A stretch of 63,750 nt of DNA, the filler included, from Craspedostauros australis (lineage: Eukaryota): assembly GCA_030167865.1 (NCBI GenBank). It is 8 parts of 8 records of this genome, joined end to end, with 100 filler letters (N's around TTAATTAATTAA, not from the genome) between each part and the next. Parts side by side here need not be neighbours in the genome. Positions count along the whole stretch, not along the records: positions 1 to 25,844 come from JALAGF010004377.1; positions 25,945 to 29,632 come from JALAGF010004378.1; positions 29,733 to 31,887 come from JALAGF010004379.1; positions 31,988 to 34,631 come from JALAGF010004380.1; positions 34,732 to 36,643 come from JALAGF010004382.1; 3 more parts are not named here. One strand, 5' to 3'. Below the pieces are notes generated by a model. The model was not told where the DNA came from, ran no database searches, and saw only the letters and a list, made by a program, of their open reading frames with translations. A program made the position numbers and the translations under genes. The first letter of the stretch is position 1. Each line of letters opens with the position of its first letter. Below are positions 23,901-36,743 of the stretch, in pieces.

Positions 23901-25844
23901 ACCCGATGCGCATCAGCCGCCAGAACAGACATCAACACACCCCATGACCACGAGACGGGGACCACGCATTGACTACAGCGAACTGCATCACACCGGTCGT
24001 GGAGACACACATGCTACCATCACAATCCTATCCGAAGATGCAAACAATGAAACACACAACCACATTGAAGCATGCACGTTCGTCACTGAACAGATGAACT
24101 GGAAGCAAGGGCTCCGACAATTTCATGAACGCGGCGAAGACGCCATCAGCAAGGAATTGCAGCAGGTCCACGAAATGGAAGGGTTCGAACCCAAACACTG
24201 GCACGAGCTCTCTCATGATGAACGTTGCAAGGCTCTGCGCTACCTGATGTACCTGAAAGAGAAACGCAACGGCGTCATCAAGGGTCGTGGTTGCGCTGAT
24301 GGCAGGAAACAACGACTATACATGACCAAGGAAGAGACCAGCTCTCCCACTGTGTCTCTCCTTGGGCTCATGCTCACTTGCGTCACCGATGCCCATGAGA
24401 ACCGTGACGTTGCAACAGTGGATGTGCCAGGCGCATTTCTGCAAACCAAGTTCGACGACGGAGACATCGTGCACGTGCTGATTGAAGGAAGGATGGCTGA
24501 GCTGCTCGCCAAGGTGGCACCCGAAGTGTACGAAGAATATGTGCACAAGAAGAGGGGACAATCGGCAATATACGTGAAACTCACGCGCGCGCTGTATGGA
24601 ACGTTGAAGGCGGCACTACAGTGGTGGAAGGATCTCACCGCCACCCTTGTTGCTGACGGCTTCACCATCAATCCGTATGACTGGTGTGTGGCCAACAAGT
24701 CAGTGAAAGGGAAACAATGCACCATCGTATGGCATGTTGACGATTTGAAAATCTCACATGTGGACCCATCGGTGGTTGACGATGTAATCAAGATGCTGAA
24801 TGTGGCGTACGGAAAACGAACTCCGCTCACCGTCAAGTGCGGCAAGCAGCATGACTACCTTGGCATGTTGCTTGACTACACACAACCAGGACATGTGAGA
24901 ATCGACATGTCAGAATACATCAGTGGTATTCTTGCAGGAGTGCCAGCAAACATGGGAGGACATGCAGTCACGCCTGCAGCCAACCATCTCTTCGACATCA
25001 ACCACGAAAACCCAAAGGCACTCGACGAAGACACCAAGGACCTCTTCCACCACATCGTTGCCAAACTCCTCTTCCTGAGCAAGCGCGCAAGACCAGATAT
25101 CCAAACTGCTGTGTCCTTCCTCTGTACCAGGGTCAAAAGCCCAGATGAAGACGACTACAAGAAGCTTGCTCGCACGATCAAATACCTACGAGCGACGCAA
25201 GACATGACACTCACCCTTGGTGGATCCAGCCTGGAGGACACACAGTGGTGGGTAGACGGTGCGTTCGGCGTCCACAACGACATGCGGAGCCACACGGGGG
25301 CGCACATGTCCACCGGAGCAGGCGCCATCTACTCCACATCATCCAAGCAAAAGCTCAACACCAAAAGTTCGACAGAAGCGGAGCTTGTCGCTGTCGATGA
25401 TGTGATGCCACAGGTGCTGTGGACAAGGTATTTCCTACAGGAACAGGGGATCAAGACCGAGCCATCCACCCTTCACCAAGACAACCAGAGCGCAATGCTG
25501 CTGGAAAACAACGGGCGCAAGTCAAGCGGAAAAAGGACCAGACACATCAGCATGCGATACTTCTTCGTTCACGACCGCATCAGCAGAAATGAGATCAGAG
25601 TCAAATACTGCCCTACCGATGATATGATCGGCGACTTCTTCACGAAGCCGCTCCAGGGATCCAAATTCAGGGCATTCAGGGACGCCATCCTAAATCGAAA
25701 CGCATATGATGCCAACAGGCCAAAGACATACAAGGAAGCTCTATTGGCATCACAGGAGTGTGTTGGTGCACTGGCCAATCGTCAGCATCCGTCCGTCGCA
25801 CGTAATGACCCAAAGGCGCAAAACGACGCAGAGCCAGAGAAAAA
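20935..25844 (+). CDS. Copia gag-pol polyprotein; runs into the 3' LTR, true stop lost in the gap
   Basis: Zn knuckle CTRCGRTNHTLDQC, protease LLDNQST, integrase D..D..E (VDIM / ADNQF / PEVER), RT WHVDD, RNase H VDGAF / TEAEL / QDNQSA / DFFTKP; no stops. Confidence 0.96.
25761..25844 (+). repeat. 3' LTR (first 84 bp, then gap)
   Basis: Matches 20648-20731; preceded by CACAGGAGTG in the PPT position. Confidence 0.95.
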
Positions 25845-25944
25845 NNNNNNNNNNNNNNNNNNNNNNNNNNNNNNNNNNNNNNNNNNNNTTAATTAATTAA
25901 NNNNNNNNNNNNNNNNNNNNNNNNNNNNNNNNNNNNNNNNNNNN
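25845..25944. other. Assembly gap with six-frame stop linker; others at 29633, 31888, 34632, 36644, 38396 and 62550, plus a plain N run at 62834
   Basis: Each is 100 bp of N with a central TTAATTAATTAA. Confidence 0.98.
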
Positions 25945-26104
25945 ACCGATCAATTACATCAAGTTACGTACCACTCACTATACATACCTACGTTCCAATA
26001 CTCCTCCTCCTGCCCTTCCTCTTCCTCTTGTTCCCACACACACTTCCATACTCACATTCGCCGACTCGGCTCCATACAGAGATCCTGCTGGTTTGCGACA
26101 TGGC

Positions 26105-27391
26105 ATGATGGGTGAACCAAACCCAACAGACGCGGATGAAGGAAGGACACGGCGAGCGTCTCGAAAGACGAAGAGCAACTCATGGTTGCAGCCATCATCC
26201 TTTGCCGTGCTCATCGTTATCGTCATCATCAACTTGGTGCTTGGGAACACGCGCACCGGGATGATCTTCTCCACCACGACCATGCAGGAGTACGTTGGTC
26301 CAGAGTGCGCCATGAACTCGACGGCCGATCATGCAGAAGGTACCGCGAGGCACCAAGCCGAAGTGGTCGAATCATCCGAGCACACATCCAGGATGCTGAT
26401 GGAACCGGGTCGGGTCTACGTGACCGGGAGGGAAAGCAACAGCTCGGTCATCACGAAGTGCCTGTTCCCCGACTTTAATTTCAGCGGCTATTGGAAGGAG
26501 GAGACGCCGCTGACTCCCAACGACATTGTGGTGTTCGGTATGCACGCCGCACTACCTGGAAGAGGCAAAATGCTGTGGGGCGAGAAAGCCAAGCAGAAGC
26601 CTGACAGCCAGCGTCCCGGCAAGATCCTGTTCTACAACGCCGAGTCGTACGGCGATATTTGGGAAAAGTTCTCGCCGCAGGACATCGGCGACCGCTTCTA
26701 TCAAATCGGTCCCGTCTCGCATCTGCAGCGAGACAACTCGTACCAGATGTATCTCATGACGAGAGTGGCGCAGGCCAAACCCTCGCCCGACGTGGATCCG
26801 ATCTTGCACCCGGAGATTGGCGTGCGCCGAAACTCCACGCGTAAAATCAATGGCGTGCTGTACAAGAACAGCCACTGCGTCGCCTTTCGCGACGAGGCCG
26901 CACGACGGTTGTCGGAATTCCTCGATGTCTATCACGGCAAGTGCAAGCCCAGCGTGCCGATGCGCAACAACAGCCTATTTCCCGACACCGTGCTGGGAGA
27001 CAGGCAGAGCTTCAACATCAACTTCCAGACGATGGGCCAATACAAATACTGCTTGGTCATGGAGAATGTGGTTGGCCAGGCGGGATACATCACCGAGAAG
27101 TTGATGAACGGCTTCCTCGGCGGATGCCTGCCGATCTACACAGGTTCCCGCATCATTCACGACATCTTCAATCCAAAGTCGTTCGTCTACTACGACGTCA
27201 CCAGACCAGACGAAGCGCTCGATCTGATCCGGCGTATGGAGGCCAACGAGTCGCTGTACAATGAGTACAACAACGCCCCGCTCTTCCTTAACCCCGAACG
27301 CATCGTGAACCAATACTTCTCCGCTTGCGACGGCGTGGGAGATGGATCTATGAAGCGCAAGATCCGTCAAATGATGAAGATCGAAGAGTAG
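26105..27391 (+). CDS. GT10 alpha-1,3/4-fucosyltransferase-like type II membrane protein
   Basis: N-terminal TM segment; signature YKYCLVMEN...GYITEKL...GCLPIYTG. Confidence 0.9.
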   Translation: MMGEPNPTDADEGRTRRASRKTKSNSWLQPSSFAVLIVIVIINLVLGNTRTGMIFSTTTMQEYVGPECAMNSTADHAEGTARHQAEVVESSEHTSRMLMEPGRVYVTGRESNSSVITKCLFPDFNFSGYWKEETPLTPNDIVVFGMHAALPGRGKMLWGEKAKQKPDSQRPGKILFYNAESYGDIWEKFSPQDIGDRFYQIGPVSHLQRDNSYQMYLMTRVAQAKPSPDVDPILHPEIGVRRNSTRKINGVLYKNSHCVAFRDEAARRLSEFLDVYHGKCKPSVPMRNNSLFPDTVLGDRQSFNINFQTMGQYKYCLVMENVVGQAGYITEKLMNGFLGGCLPIYTGSRIIHDIFNPKSFVYYDVTRPDEALDLIRRMEANESLYNEYNNAPLFLNPERIVNQYFSACDGVGDGSMKRKIRQMMKIEE

Positions 27392-28390
27392 GCAGTGCGA
27401 GCGACGAGTAAAGTTCGATTGGGGTAGGTCCGTGCTCTAGTGTGGCATACACGTCCCAGTGCGAGAGTTTAGTATCGTCCATGTTACAGTGCCTCCATAG
27501 ATCGTGCACTTTGAGACAGTTATTGTGTGGCAGACATTAAGGTGTTTCGAATGACGCATTGTGTCAAACTCTACTTGCGAGGAAAGGCATTGAATCGAAG
27601 GGAAACTGATTGATTATGAGCCCCTCGAGCGAGTCGACCGGCACTTTGACGTGGACATTCTAACTTTTCATCTGCGATATCCAAACCAAGCACGTATCCG
27701 TAATACCTATAATCTAATTATAAATAATTAACCATTACATTTTTTGTTAGATCCTTATTTTAAGTTTTATGGAGTGATCTACTATTCATTCTAGTCGCGT
27801 GGATCCAACAGCACAAAATCGTATGCTTGTTACAGAAGGTTCGATTGTGTTCTCCCGTATTTATCGTCAGGTGATCAGTCACGGACTTCCTTCCGAAGGT
27901 GTCTTCCGTTTGGTACGCGTTAATTACACGTTAGCAGGCGGCACCTGATTCCACATTCTGCTCGTGACAAAACACATGACGCAAAACACATCACACAAAA
28001 CACATCATCGCCATCATTTCAAGTTATTACACACGTGAAACCTAATTAAGATGCAAGAGGGGTAAAGATGCAGATTATGAGTCTTATCGATGTCGTTTGA
28101 ATCTGTGCAACTGCTTCACTGTTGTATCGTCCATGACTGGTGCGCGTGTCTACAGCGTAACGCCAGTTCAACGGTTTCACACACATTCCGGTTTGGTCCC
28201 CTCGATTCGCGGTGGCTCTGCTGGCCGTCGTATCGTCACAATTTGATTGCATTCGGGATGTACCTGCTGCATGCCCCATGTGTGGACACTGCAGGGCGCT
28301 CATCCCATCAACCATAAGCAGAGCCCATGGCTGACCACCCTTGGGTACTATTGCGCAGTGCCGAGGTCAAAAGAGGACCCTTTGTGCTTG

Positions 28391-28990
28391 TTATTTTCGT
28401 CTCGGTCCTTGTTGTTGCTTTGTGAGCATGTCGGATAGGTTGGTCTCTGATGGTTCATATTGGACTACCAGGATGCCCGCGGCAATGCTTTCTCTGATGA
28501 AGTGATATGCAATGGCATTGGCTTTCTTCCGCAATTGTGATTCTGGTAGTGATGCGTTGTACACCACACTCTGATTATCGGCACGTATGTCCACTGGTCC
28601 ATCCAGTGGGATGCCCATCATGTGAAGCTTGTATCTCATGTGATGATGATCTCTGTTGCTACCTTGAGCGCTGTGAATTCGCTGCCGAATGTGGACATCT
28701 CGATGCTGTTCTGTTTTTTGCTGTACCACAGTATCGGTGATGTGTTCAAAAACAAAAGCACACCAGTGCGTGAACGTCGCGTGACGCGGTCACCTGCATG
28801 ATCAGCATAAACAAAGCACGTCATTTGGACTTCCTTTCCGCGTGGCGGTGGCATGTCAGCAGGTAGTTGTTCATGAACGTCAGGGTAGAAATTGTTCCAG
28901 TTGGGATGCATCACAGGCGGTTTGTCAATGTATGCGTCATCAAAAACAAGGCGAGAACGATCGTGAGATTTGAAGTATGCGAATATGTGA
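28391..28990 (-). pseudogene. Degenerate Copia RT-end/RNase H fragment from a different family
   Basis: ADHAGDRVTRRSRTG, SKKQNSIEMSTFGSEF, DNQSVV, NLSDMLTK split by a frameshift near 28640. Confidence 0.9.
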
Positions 28991-29732
28991 AAGAGAGTGT
29001 TGGCAAGTTCCGCTCACGGTAACCTACGATCGTGGAAGATGGTGTTGGTTGATAGTCGTCTGTTTGCTATTTCACTACTTGGCTACTCCAATCCTCTTGG
29101 TGCACACCTGTTCTCTTGCCCGATGCTCTTGGTGGTTCAATCTGTTTCGTAGATTCAGTCTCCGACTATGAGTCGGTACGCGAGATCCTCTCTCGCTCCT
29201 CTCTGTATTCTCTCTCTCTCTCTCTCTCTCAGTATCGTGTACTTGCGCTACACGATACTCCGTGTTCGATGCATGCTCCGCATTCGACACTCCGTTCATT
29301 CAGTACTGGTTCCTACTCCATGAGTACTCACCATTTGAAGTTCACCTTCTGTATCCATGATCTTCATGGGTCATCGCATCTTCGCCTCCTGCTCTGACTT
29401 GGAGACAGATGTCGACGTGGTGACATGTTGACATCCTGTCGATGTCAGTAGGCGTCCTTCTGCTCTCCAGATGTCACGTTCCATTGGTGATGTTACAGTC
29501 TGTCAGATGATATCATCATCTGAGGTTTAGTTGGGAAGTACCTCGAGCTTCTCTTGGTACCATTGATGGATGGACAGACGATCTTCCAATTCTCTCAGAA
29601 ATCGTTATTTGCAAATTTCCTCCAGAAATCTTNNNNNNNNNNNNNNNNNNNNNNNNNNNNNNNNNNNNNNNNNNNNTTAATTAATTAANNNNNNNNNNNN
29701 NNNNNNNNNNNNNNNNNNNNNNNNNNNNNNNN

Positions 29733-30200
29733 GCTGCGCTTGGCAGCTTCATGCATACAATCAACATCAACACAGTCATTGGTTTCAAGATCATTGGACC
29801 AGCAGCATGCACCAACGCCAGAAGCTGCCAAAACCTTGGAATCAACATCTACGGAATCATCTGCATTGAGCGTGCTGTATGCAACGGTGCCAACATCTGC
29901 GCCAATATGCACTTTCGCACGGAACAGCCATCAAGTGTTGTCGCACCGACTCTTGCCAACATCAATGTCCAGGAGGAGGGATACCAGGGAGAGCGCTTGT
30001 GCCAGAACGCCCATCGTGAAACAGGAAAGGCCACTAGAAGCCTCAATCTTGGCAACAACTCCTGAATGCCTGCTGGCAGTTGAAACGGCACAGCAAGCAC
30101 CGATGCTGCAATAGATGACCTCATTATCGAAGATGGCATCTGCATGACCAACAACAGCTGGTAGACCTGTGTCGCTGTTGTCATGTGCATCGGAACCGCT
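29733..30200 (+). pseudogene. Disrupted Cys-repeat (ACxGxxxC) protein gene, paralog of 38496-39098
   Basis: GFKIIGPAACTNARSCQNLGINIYG aligns with GFRLIEPGACNGDNSCENLGRNVNG; in-frame TGA at 30063. Confidence 0.65.
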
Positions 30201-31599
30201 GGTCAGGCGTACGTCATTGCCAATGTCATCACCAATTGCACTGTCTCCATCCCAGATGTACGCTCTTCGAAAACACAAAGCATGTGCTGCGCATGCTGTA
30301 TTTTGCGCATATCAATATCCACTTTGTCAGCGCCAGCGTATGACCTCAGGTCGTACACGTAGCTGCAATTTCGATTATCAGTTGTTGAGAGGACGGTGAG
30401 GCGCCTGAATCAAGCAACCAACGAGTTGAGTCATCCGACGCATAAAGACTGCGTCACACTCACACCCGTATCCATACCCACGCACATCAACACACCCAAT
30501 CAATTGAAACAGCACACCCTGTGAACAAGAACGAACGGCATTCCATCTTGTAGACTGCTCTCGCTTCATCCTTGTTTGTATCTACGAGCGACTCTCTTCC
30601 TGACTTGGATGGAGGCGATGCGTCTTCTGCACGGAGACGACCAACAACGAAGTGTCTGCTGATCAGTATCAGCTGCATGGAATTCCAAGAGGAAAAAGGA
30701 CCAACGTCGTCCACACACGACGATTTGTTGCATGGGCCTTGCCATGGAACAATGTGAATAGCATCCACTCTAACATACAATAAACTAGGGAATAGAGCAG
30801 CACATGTAAATCAACAACAGTATTATCTTGTATGTGCAAGGCATCGCTCAAGGTCAAGAGCAAGAGGAACATGTGCTGTAGCATGCTTTCTCAATGGACG
30901 TTGGAAAGAGCGGTGGAATACACTCCAGTTTCATGGCGCCACTCATGCACGCGTCTACCAAGGGCAACGCAGACAATGATCTCCTCTTTTTCATTGGCTG
31001 ACACTCTCTACTGGCTTGGCAGGAATGGCCAGATGCTATGCTTTCTTCTGGGCACTCTGCCCTCTTCTGGGTCCTCTGGTGATTTGTTAAGTGTCTCCAG
31101 ATGCCCTGCAGCTTCAATAGTTGTGGTAGGCTGCTCTTCTGGATACTTCCAGCTGTGTCATTGCCTGATCATCTCTGCCACAAGTCTGTTGTGCTGACAC
31201 TCTATCCATTCTGTTAGTTTGTTGAGTGTTGATCATAGCCGGGTACTCTGCTGATTCGTTGGTTTTGGCCAACCACACTCAGTTGGATGTTGTCTGGAGA
31301 GTACCCCACAGACTCTGCAACTGTGACCAGGGACTCTGATCTTTGTGGAATGGTGTAGATTGATCTGTTGACTGTTTTGCGATCGTCTGCCACATGTACT
31401 CTGTTCTCTGTTGGGTACTCTGTTGATGGGGATTTGCAGTTCGTGGGTTGTTGCCAATTGCTTTGCAGCAAGTTTCCTGCTCGACTCTTTGCGTGTTGCT
31501 AGTTGCTTCCTGTTAGACCTTTTCTGTGGATTTGTAGGTTGCAGCTGGATGCTTTTCTCTCCTCTGGATCTGCTCTGCTTGATGCTGTTGGTTGGGCAG
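29733..31599. repeat. Copy 1 of a ~1.85 kb duplicated segment (probable haplotig)
   Basis: Near-identical to 31988-33839; both start at the same base after a gap and diverge after GTTGGGCAG. Confidence 0.92.
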
Positions 31600-31987
31600 A
31601 GTTGGGACAGACTAGCTCCGGGACTGACTCGGGACCTGACTGTCCATTCCGCGTACACAGTATTTGGTACCCAAGACCGATACTGTGATGAAAGGCTACC
31701 ACACACACGATGTGTAGTTGAACTGCAATCCATGCGTTGCTCGCCCTCCAGCTCATGCACCCCTGCCATCTGTCCATCTCGTCATTCTGTTGAACATGCA
31801 TCTATCTTGAAGCATATCCATGTGAATGGATCAGCTGCTGCTCTATGGGTGACGATACTGGAAGACTGTATGTGTGCAGGATCACCANNNNNNNNNNNNN
31901 NNNNNNNNNNNNNNNNNNNNNNNNNNNNNNNTTAATTAATTAANNNNNNNNNNNNNNNNNNNNNNNNNNNNNNNNNNNNNNNNNNNN

Positions 31988-33839
31988 GCTGCGCTTGGCA
32001 GCTTCATGCATACAATCAACATCAACACAGTCATTGGTTTCAAGATCATTGGACCAGCAGCATGCACCAACGCCAGAAGCTGCCAAAACCTTGGAATCAA
32101 CATCTACGGAATCATCTGCATTGAGCGTGCTGTATGCAACGGTGCCAACATCTGCGCCAATATGCACTTTCGCACGGAACAGCCATCAAGTGTTGTCGCA
32201 CCGACTCTTGCCAACATCAATGTCCAGGAGGAGGGATACCAGGGAGAGCGCTTGTGCCAGAACGCCCATCGTGAAACAGGAAAGGCCACTAGAAGCCTCA
32301 ATCTTGGCAACAACTCCTGAATGCCTGCTGGCAGTTGAAACGGCACAGCAAGCACCGATGCTGCAATAGATGACCTCATTATCGAAGATGGCATCTGCAT
32401 GACCAACAACAGCTGGTAGACCTGTGTCGCTGTTGTCATGTGCATCGGAACCGCTGGTCAGGCGTACGTCATTGCCAATGTCATCACCAATTGCACTGTC
32501 TCCATCCCAGATGTACGCTCTTCAAAAACGCAAAGCATGTGCTGCGCACATCAATATCCACTTTGTCAGCGCCAGCGTATGACCTCAGGTCGTACATGTA
32601 GCTGCAATTGTCGATTATCAGTTGTTGAGAGGACAGTGAGGCGCCCGAATCAAGCAACCAACGAGTTGAGTCATCCGACGCATAAAGACTGCATCACATT
32701 CACACCCGTATCCATACCCACGCACATCAACACACCCAATCAATTGAAACGGCACACCCTGTGAACAAGAACGAACGGCATTCCATCTTGTAGACTGCTC
32801 TCGCTTCGTCCTTGTTTGTATCTACAAGCGAATCTATTCCTGACTTGGATGGAGGCGATGCGTCTTCTGCACGGAGACGACCAACAACGAAGTGTCTGCA
32901 GATCAGTATCAGCTGCATGGAATTCCAAGAGGAAAAAGGACCAACGTCGTCCACACATGAGGATTTGTTGCATGGGCCTTGCCATGGAACAATGTGAATA
33001 GCATCCACTCTAACATACAATAAACTAGGGAATAGAGCAGCACATGTAAATCAACAACAGTATTATCTTGTATGTGCAAGGCATCGCTCAAGGTCAAGAG
33101 CAAGAGGAACATGTGCTGTAGCATGCTTTCTCAATGGACGTTGGAAAGAGCGGTGGAATACACTCCAGTTTCATGGCGCCACTCATGCACACATCTACCA
33201 AGGGCAACGCAGACAATGATCTCCTCTTTTTCATTGGCTGATACTCTCTACTGGCTTGGCAGGAATGGCCAGATGCTATGCTTTCTGCTGGTCACTCTGC
33301 CCTCTTTTGGGTACTCTATTGATTTGTTAAGTGTTTCCCGATGCCCTGCAGCTTCAATAGTTGTGGTAGGCTGCTCTTCTGGATACTCCCAGCTGTGTCA
33401 TTGCCTGATCATCTCTGCCACAAGTCTGCTGTGCTGACACTCTATCCATTCTGTTAGTTTGTTGAGTGTTGATCGTCGCCGGGTACTCTGCTGATTTGTT
33501 GGTTATGGCCAACCACACTCAGTTGGATGTTGTCTGGAGAGTACCCCACAGACTCTGCAACTGTGACCAGGGACTCTGCTCTTTGTGGAATGGTGTAGAT
33601 TGATCTGTTGACTGTTTTGCGATCGTCTGCCACATGTGCTCTGTTCTCTGTTGGGTACTCTGTTGATGGGGATTTGCAGTTCGTGGGTTGTTGCCAATTG
33701 CTTTGCAGCAAGTTTCCTGCTCGACTCTTTGCGTGTTGCTAGTTGCTTCCTGTTAGACCTTTTCTGTTGATTTGTAGGTTGCAGCTGGATGCTTTTCTCT
33801 CCTCTGGATCTGCTCTGCTTGATGCTGTTGGTTGGGCAG
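31988..33839. repeat. Copy 2 of the duplicated segment, including the same Cys-repeat pseudogene (31988 to about 32455)
   Basis: Alignment by eye to 29733-31599; one 15-bp indel and scattered transitions. Confidence 0.92.
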
Positions 33840-34731
33840 TCTACACATGCTTCCTATTGATTCGTCAATGCATGCTGAATGTTTTCTTTGGATTGGTTGA
33901 TTGTCTCTGGACGCAGTCTGTAGTCTGTGTGATGCTCATGATTGATATTGTATTGGTGTTGGGTGCATGCTTTGCTGGATACCCTCAGTTGGATGCAGTA
34001 TTATCTGCTCTCTGCTGCTTACGACATGTGCTGCAGACTTCTGTGTTGTGTGCCATGCTTTCTGCTCATTGATTGCCTCCTGCCAGATGCTGTGCTATTG
34101 GCCATCAGCCAAATTTATGACTCTCAAAGAGTATTGAGATATTCATTCCACTGCCTCAATGCTCAGCCATCTGTAAGGTTCCAAATGCACGAATTCGCTG
34201 GTCATCGTCATTGTCATTGTGCTGTCAATGTTGTTGAGGATTTTGTTGTCCTGATGCATGGCGTTCGCAGCTCGTTGTGCGTCGCTGACTGCTCCTCTTT
34301 GCCTGTGCTTGGTGCTGTCATGTGGGATGCAAACTTGGCCCATGGTGGGAGTGCAATGAGATGCAGCTCTAGATGCGTTATTTCCCTTCAACCATACTCG
34401 TATTCCTCATGCGTTGGCATAGATTGTTGACAATGGTTGCTGCGCCTGCTGATGAGTCTGTGGAAGGCATTAGCGGAGTACCTTGGTGGATGTCTCCGCT
34501 GGTGTATTCATGTGATGGTGGAGTCCCATGGTCATCGACAATGCTGTTGATACCAAACTACGCAGTGTCCTTCTACTCAGCGCGCATTGAGCTTTTCGTC
34601 GATGGGCACATTGGCGTCGTTGGTGGTGATANNNNNNNNNNNNNNNNNNNNNNNNNNNNNNNNNNNNNNNNNNNNTTAATTAATTAANNNNNNNNNNNNN
34701 NNNNNNNNNNNNNNNNNNNNNNNNNNNNNNN

Positions 34732-36643
34732 ATGATATCGACAACGTTGCGCGCTAAATCGATCTCATCAGCTACAAGCTGCTCGTCCCACTCCCAATTC
34801 AGACCGTGGAGATTCAGTGTAAGGAGCTTGCGACGGTGCAGCCCTTCAAGCGCTTGCTTTGTGTAGAAGACGTTTCCTTTTGTTTTGTCGTAAAGTATCC
34901 TCGCCAGTGGGGATGCTGTGAACGTGTCCAGGTCAAGCGAAGCTGTCAGGAGCTCAATGGTCTGCGCAAGGGTAAGATCATCCAGAGGAATGTCATGGAT
35001 GATCTTTCCGGATTCATTCCACTGAGAGATGGCGTTTGTGAGACGGTGGTGTGGGTCACTGTGGACTTCGTTGGAGCGATACGATCCGATGATGAGAAAG
35101 TTACGGATGGATCGATCGAGGAGGATCTCGGTGATGAGCGTGAGAGATCGGTCGTCGATCCACTGGAGATCTACGCATATGCATGTACATGTGCACACGC
35201 AGTGATTAAGGTCATTGTTGAAAAGAGCGAAACAATAAAGATGCGAGAGATTCATGTGTTGATACAACAGTTCAGTGTCGGTCCCCTACCCAGCTATAAG
35301 CTGAAGGGTGGAACCAGAGCTGATGCTGTGTGATGTCAATGCTGTGTAATTCGATCGGATACTGTTTGTTTGATTTTATGAGTGGTCTGTGTTGGTTTTG
35401 GTTTGGCTGTTTTCTGCGTTCGTTGTGTTTTTCTCTGGCTCTGCGTCGTTTTGCGCCTTTGGGTCATTACGTGCGACGGACGGATGCTGACGATTGGCCA
35501 GTGCACCAACATCATGAGCGACAGGGGAGCAGTGAAAGTTGAAGCACGGTGAGTTCCGCCAATCTTCGATGGAATCGCAATCTCAGTTATGACTAACGCG
35601 TGATCCCAAACAAATATGGCAGCGCTTACCATCAAGGTATATCACGAGCGGACGACTGACGGAGCAGATTGCGTGAAGGATTTTCTTGATTGCGTAGACG
35701 AGTTGAGCCCATTCTCTATCTCGCGGGCCTGTACTTGCAGCCAGTACGTCGTCAAAGGTGCTGGCTGACCTCATGGACATATCAGCAAATGAACCTTTCC
35801 TCGCAATTGATCTCGCGTCTGCACCATTCTCCATCATACCATCCATGCTTTGGTTTTGTAGCCAGCGTTCAGTCGCATCCATGCTGCCTTCGTTGTCCTG
35901 CACGAATAGCGAAGATAGCTCAGGAATTGCCTTGCACAAGAGTTCCAAGCGCTTTGAATCCACTCTGCGACGGATCATCGTCATGACGCGCTGATATTCC
36001 CCGACGTCCTCGGACGCAGAGATCCGACCAAAGAAGTTCGAGAGTGCATCGGCAATTCCTGAAAGATTGCCGCCTGCGTTGTACTGATCATATTTCCCCT
36101 TTCCGAAGTGGCATGGAGGAGCCTGTCGTCTTCGCTTCTTCGTTGCCGTGGCACCCCCCTGTTGACCGCAGCATGAATCGGTTGCGGTTCCCTTCATGTG
36201 CGCCGATCCGTCTTTCCGTGATGCAGCATGCTCGTCCTCGTCCTCGTTGAGACCGTCCAAGAAGCGGTCCACCAACGCCGATTTGCCCGTGCCAGAGTAG
36301 CCGTGAATGAGAACAACCTGAGCTACCCGATTGCTGGCGCCATCCTGCTCTGAGGCTTTCGATGGCTTGCGGCACATTCGCTCGTAGATGGAGTTCAACC
36401 GTTCCAACTCATCTTCGCGTCCAATGAAGGCATCGAAACGGAATTTCTTCTCATCAGTCAAGTGGTTGTCATCAGCCCTTCGGTGGCCACCATCACTGCC
36501 GTCGTCGTCAACAGACCCATCGTCCCCATCGTTCTTGTGAAACTGGCTTCCATGCGCGATCTTATCCGTCGTCGCACTATCAGATTCCTTGGTGACGCGT
36601 GGTTCCACGTCTTCGCCCTCGTCCTCCTGCTTGCGTGGATAGA
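34732..36643 (-). CDS. Partial COG3899-like AAA/STAND ATPase gene, allele A (LTR in intron); exons 36643-35630 and 35170-34732, both ends in gaps
   Basis: FIGREDELERL, Walker A HGYSGTGKS, GKYDQ; spliced PLVIYLD-DLQWID (Walker B) over GT(35629)..AG(35171); GSYRSNEV, KTKGNVFY. Confidence 0.88.
35257..35511 (-). mobile_element. Solo (or assembly-collapsed) LTR of the Copia at 20648, with 5-bp TSD TCATG
   Basis: Reverse complement of 20648-20902; TCATG at 35252-35256 and 35512-35516; single TCATG at 37264-37268 in the empty allele. Confidence 0.96.
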
Positions 36644-36743
36644 NNNNNNNNNNNNNNNNNNNNNNNNNNNNNNNNNNNNNNNNNNNNTTAATTAATTAAN
36701 NNNNNNNNNNNNNNNNNNNNNNNNNNNNNNNNNNNNNNNNNNN

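Larger units (their letters stand above)
20648..25844 (+). mobile_element. Intact Ty1/Copia LTR retrotransposon (CoDi-like); 3' LTR truncated by assembly gap
   Basis: 5' LTR 20648-20902 (TGTTG...CAACA), single gag-pol ORF with PR-IN-RT-RH order, 3' LTR from 25761 matching the 5' LTR up to the gap. Confidence 0.97.

Noticed and set aside
25845..25944. Repeated palindromic TTAATTAATTAA, and the gag-pol ORF 'stop' at 25896
   Set aside because: Artificial scaffolding linker inside N gaps; the stop is not biological.
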